From positions 1-38,900 of IMG/VR virus record IMGVR_UViG_3300020045_001438: DNA of 38,900 nucleotides; one strand, 5' to 3'. Position numbers and translations under genes: made by a program. Positions 9,901 through 18,114 of the stretch are shown here, piece after piece; positions within the stretch are counted from its first letter, which is position 1; each line of letters starts with the position of its first letter. The stretch is from a virus. Lineage: Duplodnaviria > Caudoviricetes. The notes under the pieces are model-generated. The model did no database searches and had not been told where the DNA came from. It worked only from the letters and a program-made list of their open reading frames with translations.

Positions 9901-11816
9901 GTAAGCATTATTCTGAAGCTGTTCCAATGCCACGTAAGGGGCTAAGAACAACAGCAGGGTATAGTCGTGTTTACAGTGGGTTTAATGACCTTCTGGTAGA
10001 GATGGCTAAGAATGATCCTAAGTTTGCTGAAGTGAAGGCTGCTGTAGATGAACACGCTGCTAATGAAGTGTCTAAGCTGTACAAGTTTAACGTACATGAC
10101 ATTAAGCGTAGGGGTGTGAAGGGTTCTATTGGTGATCGACCTTGGTTAGACAAAGACACCAATACCAACCAGTTCTTTGAGAGTGTTATTGATTATGCTG
10201 AAACTGGCTTTAGATATAATGCCATGCTCAAGCCTATTCATGATATGACAAAGCTTATCACCGATCCTACAGTGAGACAGACATTACCAAACACTGTTGA
10301 ATTCTTGGAGAAGCAGAAGGCACATTTAATGGGTAGAAACCTAAACAACTTGGGTGCTACTTTTAATAGTCTTATTGATGCTCCATTCAAGGCAGCAGGT
10401 ATTGGTCCTTCCATTCCTAGAGCAGGTATGCGTATCTTAACAGAAACTAGTGTAGCTTCTCTAACTGGTTTAGTAAACCTTGGGTTCTTTGGTTTACAGC
10501 TAGCACAGTTACCACTAACTTTGCCAGCGGAAGCCGCTGCAATTGCTAGAGGTGCAAAGCTTTCACCACAACATCTTGCCACTGCTGTAACAACCACCCC
10601 AGTTCATTTACTAAAGCTTGTAGCTGGTAATGAGAAGGGTGTTCCACAACATTTAGTAGATGCTTACAAGTGGGCACAAGACGCTGGTATTTTCACTTAC
10701 AACGAGAGCCATCTGGCTTCAGACCTACAACAAGGTCCAGTTGTAAAGGGGATTAGAAAAGTGGCTCATGCACCATCAATTTATGGTGAAAAGCTAACTA
10801 GACCACCAATCTTTATGATCTTTGCGGATATGTTCCACAAGGCTGGGTATAAGGGAGAAGAGGCGTTCCTACGCGCTCAGGAAGCTACCAACCATTCTAT
10901 GGCTGATTATCATGCTGACGAAAGACCAGCAGTGTATGAAACTTTAGGGGAAGTGGGTAGAGCATTAGCTGCTTACACAACTTTCAAGCACAATTTTATT
11001 GAGCAACAAGTTGGTCGGGGTGTCAATGCTAAGAGACAACCAGAAGCAGCCGCCATTGCAGCGGGTATGGTGTTGGGTGTGTATGGTTTGATGGGTATGC
11101 CCGGAGCACAGGAAGCTTCACAGCTATCTGAATCACTCACAGGTAAAAGCATTCGTGAATGGGTGTTAAACAACCCTGAACAATCTAGCGTTCTTTTAGA
11201 TGGTGCCATTTCTGCTAAGAGTGATGTGGACATTCAAGCTCGACTAGCTTCTGCTAGCTTGCTCCCTGATTCTCCTCTATCAGCCGCTCCTCACGTTGCT
11301 AATATGTGGAACGTATTCTCAGCAGCCTATCAGGCTGGTGTGGATAGGGATGTTGGTTCATTAGAGAACTTAGCTAGCAAGGGACTTCCAGTGTTTGCTA
11401 AGAACATTTATGAAGCTACACATTTAACTGACGAGCAAGGTGTTGTACGCAACGCTAAGGGCGAGAAGAATGTGGAGCAGCCACGTACCCCTAATGAAAC
11501 ACTTACAAGAGCTATAACGGGCGTTAAACCGCTTAGAGAGCGTATTCAAAGTGAGACCTTGTGGACTAAGCATCAGCGTAAGCTAGCCAATGACAAGAAG
11601 CTTACAGACCTTTCTAATAGGTTTGAAACTGCTATCAGACTAGATGCTGACCCACAGGACATTATCAATGAGTATCAGGACCTTGGTGGTGATCCAAGAG
11701 TTCTTCTAAATCGTATTAACGAGATTAAGGAGAAAGCAAATATGACACCCAAGGCTCGTAAGCAAGGTAAACCCGGAGATAGTCTAAGTTCTATCCGTAA
11801 AATGGAGGCATATTAA
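6942..11816 (+). CDS. Large internal virion/ejection protein with an inserted ADP-ribosyltransferase-like (ART-PolyVal-like) domain
   Basis: 1624 aa, last and largest structural-region gene. N-terminal 'F.I.GPQGE.YEIEAPDGAT.EQA' motif. Internal 'DGTPMILLHGT..GIHAG..IYPMAVR..GFFYKNTFE..SFVTWD..LES' segment. Confidence 0.65.
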   Translation: MPSFTIVGPQGEEYEIEAPDGATKEQAFEFFKREHSAGRAKPKKSDAEKSTEQMAGIGSKLLGAGETALSIGTGGLAQLAGGLAGAAITPFAGADAGANAVRNVSQYGYQPRTDKGKEYTDTIGSLFEAGTQGLAKTAPNLLGAVPLIGDKILDNLDKDPNAKETLSRGMAEFAMNYLPLDVAARGIGVRPKGKPPVVEAPKGPSITEKMDAVQQDKPVGQYTQQDALPLDNSVETIADMQRYGQNPNQLDLFGDNSGGQTSSLVARRAEEAKQARIQQALQERQLALEQDVTRKQQLDFNAAERARMEQAPIPGLAESRTRVQEAQRIEAEQSAAQLAQLNEQGQQMGLDFNDFGNNDPMARMPNMRVDENGIPIRADLSMEAQNLQNPLQRNLWGDELPIETGDGGIPLTQAIDSMPAGAAREAGLAQLRGEVPGSMELPRNPTSGLGSPSLIKGMSKTEKGALDPEVFLQGYRAVNRVLSNLTNMPWVKERFPSDKYMTNKDGTPMILLHGTRHGFNDRVRTKGEGIHAGYGAEAAHMFTSNRKAQQRTVAFPSRLQHNDTSAIYPMAVRKGIYPYIDKDIGGWSAEDVLNSHGDQPNQVVVEAIAKETGMSPITVDSIMDDFYRSLKDEGLDTAGWNKEFSDFLERRFSIRGFFYKNTFESTKGMLSTHAGEFPTPKRARNLADTLDHNKSFVTWDNANLESLYGDTPIPKDNKPASWMSGLGNKQGGALDFKAIFETFSPSKTVTDNPLPREDSVATPISAENIAKRKLLSDKANALKIQNQYSRVTTMEEALALMDPKTDMWKAGATNLRSGLGAATRTNVKNSVLNYLRNLTQTGRNTIEKDIKNYITDNKTGYVAALKKLSQKEKNDVAELLMGLSKRKLEPSETWYNDVGLNDNQKAVARLHAEMMEAVYNRHLEASRAIGVTPGEYRQGYSPNRFSGAYASFVGHTASDGTFVVTGIAEGDTKWQHKAAVEKYKEMGKHYSEAVPMPRKGLRTTAGYSRVYSGFNDLLVEMAKNDPKFAEVKAAVDEHAANEVSKLYKFNVHDIKRRGVKGSIGDRPWLDKDTNTNQFFESVIDYAETGFRYNAMLKPIHDMTKLITDPTVRQTLPNTVEFLEKQKAHLMGRNLNNLGATFNSLIDAPFKAAGIGPSIPRAGMRILTETSVASLTGLVNLGFFGLQLAQLPLTLPAEAAAIARGAKLSPQHLATAVTTTPVHLLKLVAGNEKGVPQHLVDAYKWAQDAGIFTYNESHLASDLQQGPVVKGIRKVAHAPSIYGEKLTRPPIFMIFADMFHKAGYKGEEAFLRAQEATNHSMADYHADERPAVYETLGEVGRALAAYTTFKHNFIEQQVGRGVNAKRQPEAAAIAAGMVLGVYGLMGMPGAQEASQLSESLTGKSIREWVLNNPEQSSVLLDGAISAKSDVDIQARLASASLLPDSPLSAAPHVANMWNVFSAAYQAGVDRDVGSLENLASKGLPVFAKNIYEATHLTDEQGVVRNAKGEKNVEQPRTPNETLTRAITGVKPLRERIQSETLWTKHQRKLANDKKLTDLSNRFETAIRLDADPQDIINEYQDLGGDPRVLLNRINEIKEKANMTPKARKQGKPGDSLSSIRKMEAY

Positions 11817-12211
11817 TGCTATTTAATGAAGCAAAACTAAAGGGAGTGAATGAGAAACTTGCGGGGGTGGTGAAGGCAGTAGCCACCCTTCAGGACATTA
11901 TCGTCACAGAAGGAGTTCGTACTAAGGAGCGCCAAGCTGAGTTGTATGCACAAGGGCGTACAAAGCCGGGGCAGAAGGTGACATGGACACTAAACAGCAA
12001 ACACATCACAGGGGATGCAGTGGATGTTTGTCCATACGTTGATGGTAAAATCAATTGGAATGACCAAATTGGTTTTGTAGCTTTGGGAAAAGCTATTATG
12101 GAAGAGGCAAAGAAACAGGGCGTTTCTCTACGTTGGGGATATGACTGGGACGGGGATGGTGTTCTATTAGAGAAGGGGGAATATGATGGTCCCCACTTCG
12201 AGTTGACATGA
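11816..12211 (+). CDS. Endolysin, peptidase M15 family (L-Ala-D-Glu peptidase-like)
   Basis: Zn-peptidase motifs 'EGVRT.ERQ..LYAQGRT', 'SKHITGDAVD', 'LRWG.DW' and 'DGPHFEL'. Confidence 0.9.
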   Translation: MLFNEAKLKGVNEKLAGVVKAVATLQDIIVTEGVRTKERQAELYAQGRTKPGQKVTWTLNSKHITGDAVDVCPYVDGKINWNDQIGFVALGKAIMEEAKKQGVSLRWGYDWDGDGVLLEKGEYDGPHFELT

Positions 12212-12242
12212 AAAAAGGGAGCCAATGGCTCCCTTTCTTTTT
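12211..12242. terminator. Bidirectional intrinsic terminator between the convergent late and early/middle arms
   Basis: AAAAAA-GGGAGCC-AAT-GGCTCCC-TTTCTTTTT: a perfect GC stem with an A-tract on the left and a T-tract on the right. Confidence 0.9.
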
Positions 12243-14112
12243 ATAAAATCTCACAGTGTCCAGCTACACATGCCATTTCTTTCATACTAACTGTAGCATC
12301 GTCAATCTCATACTTATCAAACTCTGCCCAATCTACTTCTGGAAAAGAGGCTTTGGCTTTTAAATACTCTTCTTTAGAAATTTCTTGGTAAGGTGCTTGT
12401 TGATACGCATGGTCATTATGTGGTAGGAAACTAACACCTCCTAAAAATTCTAGGTTCTTGTAAACCCATGCGGCCACTTCTAGCCATTCATCTTCTCTCA
12501 CATACACAGTAATAGAAGGATTGTGCTCACACCAATACTTCTTAAACACAAGGTAATGTTCAAGCTGCTCTAGAGCAGTCCTATCATTTCGCTTAACTGC
12601 ATTCTCAGGGGCTTTTACTGGGAAACTAAAAACTAAATTGTTTCTATTCATCACATCTGTTTCAACAGGAAAACCACTAGCTTGCATGAAAAGTGCTAAA
12701 GGATCTTTGCTATCAGCGCGGACAGTGCGAGTGTAGTAGTCACTGTACCTAGGATGAATACCACTGGCGGAATCCACCAATTGTGAAACGGTTCCAGAGG
12801 GTTTAACAGTGGTAATAGCAGCACTAGGAGCAATGCCAAGAGTAGAAGCCCAGTTGCTATTAGTAGTAATAGCATGGGTTTTTAGTCTTTCTAGTAACTT
12901 TTCTGTAGCTCGCGCTGATGTTGCTAAAAGCTCGTGATCCATAATTCCTGTCATAGACACGCCAAGCAGTCTCTCTTCTTCAGCATTAATGGTCCATTGT
13001 TTGCGAATGTATCTGTAGTTGGTTAGGGTTGATTGAAAAGTTCCAATAATTGCAGCAATCTCAACTTTTCTTTGAAGTTGTTCCTCGGTATCACCATGCC
13101 TCACAATAACCTCTGATAAATTACAAAAGCCAAATGGCCTAAGAATAATTTCACCACAAGGATTTGTTCCAAACTCATGGTCTACATTTCGACGGCCAGT
13201 GTCTTCAGCAGCACGTTTGGCAGCTACCCGATTAAAGATACCACGCTCACCGGACTTGCTATCGTAAAGAGCTTTCCATTCTTCCATAAAAGTGGACATA
13301 TCTGGTTTTTCAGTATATGCTGCACTAATGTTAGCTAATGAACGCTGTGTGTCGTCTACCCACCATTGCCCATTCTTATAGTTTCTCATTCTGTCATCAG
13401 AAAGATTCGACAAGCAAATGAGTGCCGACCGTCTGACTCCGCCGACAACGACCACTTCAGCGATTTTACATACGAGGTCTGAGCATTCCACTGAAGTGAG
13501 CTTACGACCGGCTGCTCTTTTAAATAGCGCAACAGTAAAGCGGAAAAGCTCTTCGAGGGGTGCTGGACCCGACGCTCTCCCACCAAAAGTTTTAAGTCTA
13601 GCTCCAGCGGGACGGACAGCAGTAGTATCCCACGCTGGGATTTGCCCTGAGTAGAGTAGTGAAATAAGCTGGCGTAGTGCAGCCGCCCATCCAGCTTTGC
13701 TATCCTTAACAACAACCGTTGTATTAGTGTCATAGAACTTTTCTGCAATTTCTGGAAGCTTTGCCACATACTGACGCTCTACAGAATAACCAACCCCTGT
13801 ACCACACATGAGAATATACATAATCTCATCAAAGCATCTTTGGTCAATAATTGGTAAATAGGAGCAATTAAATCCTGCAATGTTATCTCTATCTAATGCT
13901 GGCCCTGCTGTCATTAGGCTCCGCATTGATGGCATAACATCCATATTGTAAATGGCAGTATACACCTCATCATATGGGAAAGTGTTTGGGAATTTTTCTT
14001 TCCAATAGTTACAGTAACGTGCCACTGTTTCTTCCCAATGCTCTCTACGGCCCTTATCTTCTAGCCAGCGAGCATATCTACTCTTAAACACATATTTCTG
14101 TAAACTATCCAT
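12241..14112 (-). CDS. nrdJ: Class II (adenosylcobalamin-dependent) ribonucleotide reductase
   Basis: 'PSMR', 'FNCSY', 'VVVGGVRRSA', 'TNPCGEI', 'TVKPSGTVSQL' and a C-terminal Cys pair 'ACVAGHCEI'. No beta subunit gene nearby. Confidence 0.9.
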   Translation of the reverse strand: MDSLQKYVFKSRYARWLEDKGRREHWEETVARYCNYWKEKFPNTFPYDEVYTAIYNMDVMPSMRSLMTAGPALDRDNIAGFNCSYLPIIDQRCFDEIMYILMCGTGVGYSVERQYVAKLPEIAEKFYDTNTTVVVKDSKAGWAAALRQLISLLYSGQIPAWDTTAVRPAGARLKTFGGRASGPAPLEELFRFTVALFKRAAGRKLTSVECSDLVCKIAEVVVVGGVRRSALICLSNLSDDRMRNYKNGQWWVDDTQRSLANISAAYTEKPDMSTFMEEWKALYDSKSGERGIFNRVAAKRAAEDTGRRNVDHEFGTNPCGEIILRPFGFCNLSEVIVRHGDTEEQLQRKVEIAAIIGTFQSTLTNYRYIRKQWTINAEEERLLGVSMTGIMDHELLATSARATEKLLERLKTHAITTNSNWASTLGIAPSAAITTVKPSGTVSQLVDSASGIHPRYSDYYTRTVRADSKDPLALFMQASGFPVETDVMNRNNLVFSFPVKAPENAVKRNDRTALEQLEHYLVFKKYWCEHNPSITVYVREDEWLEVAAWVYKNLEFLGGVSFLPHNDHAYQQAPYQEISKEEYLKAKASFPEVDWAEFDKYEIDDATVSMKEMACVAGHCEIL

Positions 14113-14417
14113 TAACGATTGTCTCCATTTCCCATTAGTTGTGCCCGCAGCTTACGGCTGGCAAGCTTCTCAATATTCAATTCTTCTAGTTCAGCCACAG
14201 TCCAATTGTTATCAGAGGCAATGGCAGCGACATGCCACAACACATCACCTAGCTCATACTTCAGCTTTGTAGCAGCTTGATCCTCTGTATAATCACCTCT
14301 AATGAGCTTTTGAAACACAGCAGCCACTTCACCACCCTCTGCTAGTAGGCCAAGCACAGCGGCTTCTGGACCATATGAGGGGAGGCGAAACTCTTTAATC
14401 TTTTCTTGGTAAGTCAT
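14112..14417 (-). CDS. MazG-like nucleotide pyrophosphohydrolase
   Basis: 'LGLLAEGGEV....KLIRGD', 'ELGDVLWHVA', 'NIEKLASRK.R..L.GNGDNR'. Confidence 0.85.
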   Translation of the reverse strand: MTYQEKIKEFRLPSYGPEAAVLGLLAEGGEVAAVFQKLIRGDYTEDQAATKLKYELGDVLWHVAAIASDNNWTVAELEELNIEKLASRKLRAQLMGNGDNR

Positions 14418-14619
14418 TCAATTCCTTTTCTAATTCTTGTAGGGTGGCGTTTAAGATGTATGTCTGACGACTAATTTCTGCTAAGTGCCACCCAATGTTC
14501 TTTGCTACAACAGAACCATGTGTGAGTGGTATCTTAAAGTTGTCTTTCAGTACATCTAAAACTGCTGTATTGTTACTTCGTAGAGAAGCAAGGTAGTCCG
14601 TTAAATACTCTGGAGCCAT
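14395..14619 (-). CDS. Hypothetical protein
   Basis: 74-aa ORF packed in the - strand operon, overlapping the next start. Confidence 0.55.
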   Translation of the reverse strand: MAPEYLTDYLASLRSNNTAVLDVLKDNFKIPLTHGSVVAKNIGWHLAEISRQTYILNATLQELEKELNDLPRKD

Positions 14620-14702
14620 TTAATTACTCTCTGGTATAAAGAGAAACGTGGCCTTGGTGGAGCCACGTTTAGAAGCCAGTCAAAGGGAGTTACTCGCCTC
14701 AT
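14601..14702 (-). CDS. Small hypothetical protein (33 aa, not in the ORF track)
   Basis: ATGA-coupled to the thyX stop. Reads MRRVTPFDWLLNVAPPRPRFSLYQRVIKWLQSI* and fills the gap. Confidence 0.4.
   Translation of the reverse strand: MRRVTPFDWLLNVAPPRPRFSLYQRVIKWLQSI
14644..14670 (-). terminator. Hairpin, possible weak terminator or processing site after thyX
   Basis: Perfect 9-bp inverted repeat AAACGTGGC-N9-GCCACGTTT, followed on the - strand by CTCTTT. Confidence 0.35.
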
Positions 14703-15376
14703 ACAAATTCCTGTAGTACTGCTTTAGTTGAAACTGGAAACACACCCTGTACATAACCCAAAATAAGCTGTGCTAAATCGCGGCTTTCTTTTTGTGCATG
14801 ATTGCCTAAGCGAAGCACAAGCATGTCTAAGAAAGCACCTAGTGTACCACTCCAAATCCATTCTGTCATCATGCTCTGTGGAAGAACCATCCTAGCTTGC
14901 TCTGGCGCAACACCAATGGAGATCATAAAATTGTACTCATCTAGGCTATGTTCCATAGCAGATTCTACTTCCAGATTATAATCTGGCACTGTTTCTTCAG
15001 AAGAACCTTGCTTTACATTGTCTGCTTTCTTACGCCACACCTTAGGAAGAAAGAACTCTGGTTCGTCATCCACATATCGTCTACTCACCTCATTCCAAGG
15101 CATAAATTTGTGTTTGACAAGCTGTCTTGCTACAAAGATGGGAGCCTTGATGCGGAATGAGAGGAAGGAATGATTGAAGGGACTGGTATGCTTGTGTTTA
15201 GCTAGGTAATTAATAAGCTTAACATCTTTGTCAGAGAGAACACTGTTAGTTCCGACTAGTCCTGGCTCAAACTCACTCACCTTAGCGAAGCTAACACGAG
15301 CGGCGTTAACAACGTCAAGGTCGTTTCCCCATCGTTCTGGATGGAGAGGGGTCACTTCAATATTAGAAATTTTCAT
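14699..15376 (-). CDS. thyX: Flavin-dependent thymidylate synthase
   Basis: 'VVNAARVSF', 'H.SPF.H', 'APIFVARQLVKH', 'NEVSRRYV', 'PEQARMVLPQ', 'HAQKE'. Start set at the ATG of MKISN. Confidence 0.92.
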   Translation of the reverse strand: MKISNIEVTPLHPERWGNDLDVVNAARVSFAKVSEFEPGLVGTNSVLSDKDVKLINYLAKHKHTSPFNHSFLSFRIKAPIFVARQLVKHKFMPWNEVSRRYVDDEPEFFLPKVWRKKADNVKQGSSEETVPDYNLEVESAMEHSLDEYNFMISIGVAPEQARMVLPQSMMTEWIWSGTLGAFLDMLVLRLGNHAQKESRDLAQLILGYVQGVFPVSTKAVLQEFV

Positions 15377-15740
15377 ATTGCTTCTTAAATTGTGCAATTA
15401 GTTCTGGATGCATGTGCTCATAATCATCAGGAATGTTAAGCACCTTTACCTTCTCACCTAGTTCATCTAAATTGAACTTGGTTTTAGCACCTTGGTAGTT
15501 GTAATCATTTACAAACACAATTTCATCTGCCCACAACAACAGGTCAGGGGTAAGCTTTACCAAGGCATAGTCTTCACTACCAGCAGCACGAGTGTTGTGC
15601 TTGTGTGCATAAATACGAGCGGCTGTAGCACTCCGTAGGATGCCTGCACTACAAACAAATAACACCTTCTTGTCTCTGCCCTGATAAGGATTGTCCCATG
15701 GGCTACTACTAGCCATAATCATTTCAGTGAGGGTCTTCAT
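15363..15740 (-). CDS. Low-molecular-weight protein-tyrosine-phosphatase-like protein
   Basis: P-loop CX5R 'VLFVCSAGILRSATAA', plus 'WADEIVFV' and 'LNIPDDY'. Confidence 0.8.
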   Translation of the reverse strand: MKTLTEMIMASSSPWDNPYQGRDKKVLFVCSAGILRSATAARIYAHKHNTRAAGSEDYALVKLTPDLLLWADEIVFVNDYNYQGAKTKFNLDELGEKVKVLNIPDDYEHMHPELIAQFKKQYENF

Positions 15741-15903
15741 ACAGCCCTAGTTTTTGGTTTTCTTCAGTCATTTCTTTTAGCGAATCTTCCAACAGCATTC
15801 TATGTTCAAGTTCTTCTTGCTTACGCTTGAGGAACCTCACCTCCTTACCATTGTTCTTGGTGAGGGCTTCTTCTGGCTTATAGGTTTTCTTCGATTTGCT
15901 CAT
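15724..15903 (-). CDS. Small hypothetical protein (59 aa, not in the ORF track)
   Basis: MSKSKKTYKPEE...EENQKLGLYEDPH*. Fills the gap and overlaps both neighbours. Confidence 0.55.
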   Translation of the reverse strand: MSKSKKTYKPEEALTKNNGKEVRFLKRKQEELEHRMLLEDSLKEMTEENQKLGLYEDPH

Positions 15904-16036
15904 TAATTGCTGCGAAATTCTCTAGAATTGTGTCGTAAAAAGCATCCACCAAATTTGTGGAAGTAATTTGAAGCAGCTCTAAAAGAGTTGTTTCTTCCAT
16001 GTTTCTTAGTGCTTCAAGCAGATCGTTCTTGTTCAA
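15878..16036 (-). CDS. Small acidic hypothetical protein (52 aa, not in the ORF track)
   Basis: TTG start. Reads MNKNDLLEALRNMEETTLLELLQITSTNLVDAFYD...*, amphipathic helical, fills the gap. Confidence 0.55.
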   Translation of the reverse strand: MNKNDLLEALRNMEETTLLELLQITSTNLVDAFYDTILENFAAINEQIEENL

Positions 16037-16253
16037 CTTCAATCGCTTTCTGAAGGAAATGTACAGCCTTCTTTAAGTCTTCTACACCATTCTTATGCTT
16101 CCAGCGGGCAATGTACTTGAGGGCTGTTCCGTCTAGGTAGCCAAGGCCCCATGCTGTAATCACATTCCAAGGTTCTGGATTAAGTTGTTTGTAGTGTGTT
16201 CCTGCTACTTGGATTTGGTCTGCGGCCGATTTTTGATCCGAGGTTTCTTGCAT
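16014..16253 (-). CDS. DUF3310 (T7 gp1.7 nucleotide-kinase-like) family protein
   Basis: 'QVAGTHYK...EPW..I..WGLGYLDGTALKYIARWKHKNGVEDLKKA.HFL'. Confidence 0.8.
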   Translation of the reverse strand: MQETSDQKSAADQIQVAGTHYKQLNPEPWNVITAWGLGYLDGTALKYIARWKHKNGVEDLKKAVHFLQKAIEVEQERSA

Positions 16254-16614
16254 GTTCTAAATTTTCCTTTTGAGTAATAAATTCTAAGTTATCAACAAAG
16301 TTGTTTTGTCTGTTGGAGTCTATGTGGTTACATACTAAATGGGAGGGTATGTCTTTACTAAACGCCCCCAATACACAGCGATGTACTGCATGCATTTTAC
16401 CAACATTGTCTCGCCATAAATTTACATATAAGTAATTTCCATGACCTACTTTTGGAGATAAAACTTTACCACCATACCAACGAGATAAGATTGTCTTACC
16501 TTTGCCATGTGGAACTGTTAACAGCCTCTTTACGCTGCGAATTCTACCAAAATTAGAAGCCTCATAGTAATCTTCCCATCCGGGGATTGAGGACCAAACT
16601 TCCTCACTCACCAA
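16180..16614 (-). CDS. Free-standing NUMOD4-HNH homing endonuclease
   Basis: 'E.W..IPGWED.YEASNFGRIRS' (NUMOD4) plus 'VHRCV..AF...VCNHIDSNRQNNFVDNLE..T.KEN.EHA'. Confidence 0.85.
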   Translation of the reverse strand: MVSEEVWSSIPGWEDYYEASNFGRIRSVKRLLTVPHGKGKTILSRWYGGKVLSPKVGHGNYLYVNLWRDNVGKMHAVHRCVLGAFSKDIPSHLVCNHIDSNRQNNFVDNLEFITQKENLEHARNLGSKIGRRPNPSSRNTLQTT

Positions 16615-16831
16615 ACTTCTCCTTCAATACTTTGTAAATTAGTTTCTCCACTGGTTCATTTCTTGGATGTGCTTGGACAGAGGTTTGCCACTCTTCATCA
16701 GAGCTAGTCCGATAGAGGTAGTTACCAAAACCCATGCTACCAGTTCCATCATTAGCAATTTGAAACTCACCAAGTGTTCTCTTCTGTTCTTTATCACCGA
16801 AAGGCCATAGTTCAATTATTACATTAAGCAT
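16604..16831 (-). CDS. Hypothetical protein
   Basis: 75-aa ORF with 'IELWPFG' and 'IANDGTG..GNY', overlapping both neighbours. Confidence 0.7.
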   Translation of the reverse strand: MLNVIIELWPFGDKEQKRTLGEFQIANDGTGSMGFGNYLYRTSSDEEWQTSVQAHPRNEPVEKLIYKVLKEKFGE

Positions 16832-17591
16832 ACTTCTTATTTAGATAATTAAGTGATACAAACATTGGATCAAATTCACCATCTACAACTTCATGTAGCA
16901 TAAGAATGCCTCTCCAATGCTTGTTCCCTTGATACCCTAAATAATCCTCAGAGTGCTCGTAACAAGAACCTGCAATGATTGAGGTTAGTCTTTTCCCGTC
17001 TGCCCTGTGAGCCGTAGCGATTTGCAAACCTTGCTGATGCCCTGCGATACAAGACATGTGCTTCTTTGCCAACTGAGCGCCAGCACTTGTGCAGGGCCTG
17101 CCCAAAAGGCCGGTAGTAAAATAATGGGAATAGCAAATCCCATCAATAACAACAGGAAGAAGGAAAGGGTGTACATCCCAACCCATTTCAGCATATTTAA
17201 GGTCTTCAATACCAATTGTGCCATCAAACTTTGGATCACTTTCTACTGCTCTATCAATTCTATGCTCATGGTTGCCTAGCAACATTGTACGCTTTGGAAG
17301 GTACAAACTCTTGTGTTGCTTTCTAGCATTAGCATTAAAGGTGTTTAAAGGCCCTAGAAGGGCCTCCATACCTGCATGTGTAGCTTCTACGTCAGCTCTA
17401 TACCTACGGCCCTCAAAACTCTTTTTACCCACATCGTAGGAGGAAAGAGAAGGCATGTCAGCGAAGTCACCTAGACAGATAATGTGATCTGGTTTCTTCT
17501 CAACAATATAATGACCAATCTTTCTTAGAAAAGAAATGTCATTACCCGGTTTAAGCTGGCAATCAGGAATTACTAAATGAACGGTACTCAA
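16824..17591 (-). CDS. Calcineurin-like metallophosphoesterase
   Basis: 'VIPDCQ', 'LGDFADM', 'LGNHE.R', 'YSHY', 'AGHQQ'. Confidence 0.85.
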   Translation of the reverse strand: MSTVHLVIPDCQLKPGNDISFLRKIGHYIVEKKPDHIICLGDFADMPSLSSYDVGKKSFEGRRYRADVEATHAGMEALLGPLNTFNANARKQHKSLYLPKRTMLLGNHEHRIDRAVESDPKFDGTIGIEDLKYAEMGWDVHPFLLPVVIDGICYSHYFTTGLLGRPCTSAGAQLAKKHMSCIAGHQQGLQIATAHRADGKRLTSIIAGSCYEHSEDYLGYQGNKHWRGILMLHEVVDGEFDPMFVSLNYLNKKYA

Positions 17592-17770
17592 TCATTAAAC
17601 TCCAAAGGCATTTGGTTGTCATCAGGTTGTGTAGTGAAGGTGGATGCAATTCCCATTGCAAAGGCCATGTTCATACCAAACTGTAGAAGAGCTTGCACCT
17701 GTTGCTCATTCATAACTGCTGTGAACTGAATACTACCATCTGGTGCTTGTACGGGGACGTTAATAATCAT
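17588..17770 (-). CDS. Small hypothetical protein ending in a clamp-binding-like motif
   Basis: 60 aa, ATGA-coupled on both sides, C-terminus 'DDNQMPLEFND'. Confidence 0.65.
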   Translation of the reverse strand: MIINVPVQAPDGSIQFTAVMNEQQVQALLQFGMNMAFAMGIASTFTTQPDDNQMPLEFND

Positions 17771-18114
17771 TGTTTTTTTCGTTCCTCTTTACTTTTTATT
17801 TTGTGGCAGGGCACGCAAAGCACCTGCAAATTGTCTTCTTCACAGAACAGTCCATCAATAAAACTATCCCAAGTGGTGAAACCATCTAGAGGGGAGATAG
17901 CTGGAATAATGTGGTCAACATTAATGTCTTTAGAGGTAAACTCCTCTTTACAGGTGTTACATAAATAGTGTTGAGCTAGGCGTCCAGTTTTTGTATTGAT
18001 TTTCTTTTCTGTCTTAGCTGCATTAAGCGTATTAAACTTGGGGGGCCATCGTCGTGTGCCACTGCGTAGAGCAGCAACAATGAAGGCTTTTCGTCGTGCT
18101 GGTGTCCATGTCAT
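17767..18114 (-). CDS. HNH endonuclease (CxxC...HNH...CxxCH type)
   Basis: 'CNTC...INVDHIIP...NLQVLCVPCHKIKS', adjacent to the exonuclease. Confidence 0.85.
   Translation of the reverse strand: MTWTPARRKAFIVAALRSGTRRWPPKFNTLNAAKTEKKINTKTGRLAQHYLCNTCKEEFTSKDINVDHIIPAISPLDGFTTWDSFIDGLFCEEDNLQVLCVPCHKIKSKEERKKQ

Noticed and set aside
11816-12211. Complete lysis cassette
   Set aside because: No holin or spanin gene adjoins the endolysin. The small membrane ORFs at 25399, 26435 and 37066 lie in early/middle operons and cannot be assigned to lysis.
16180-16614. Possible third intron around the NUMOD4-HNH gene
   Set aside because: No P7 (GACTA/TAGTC) or P4 core sequence and no non-coding flanks. 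The neighbouring genes are intact.
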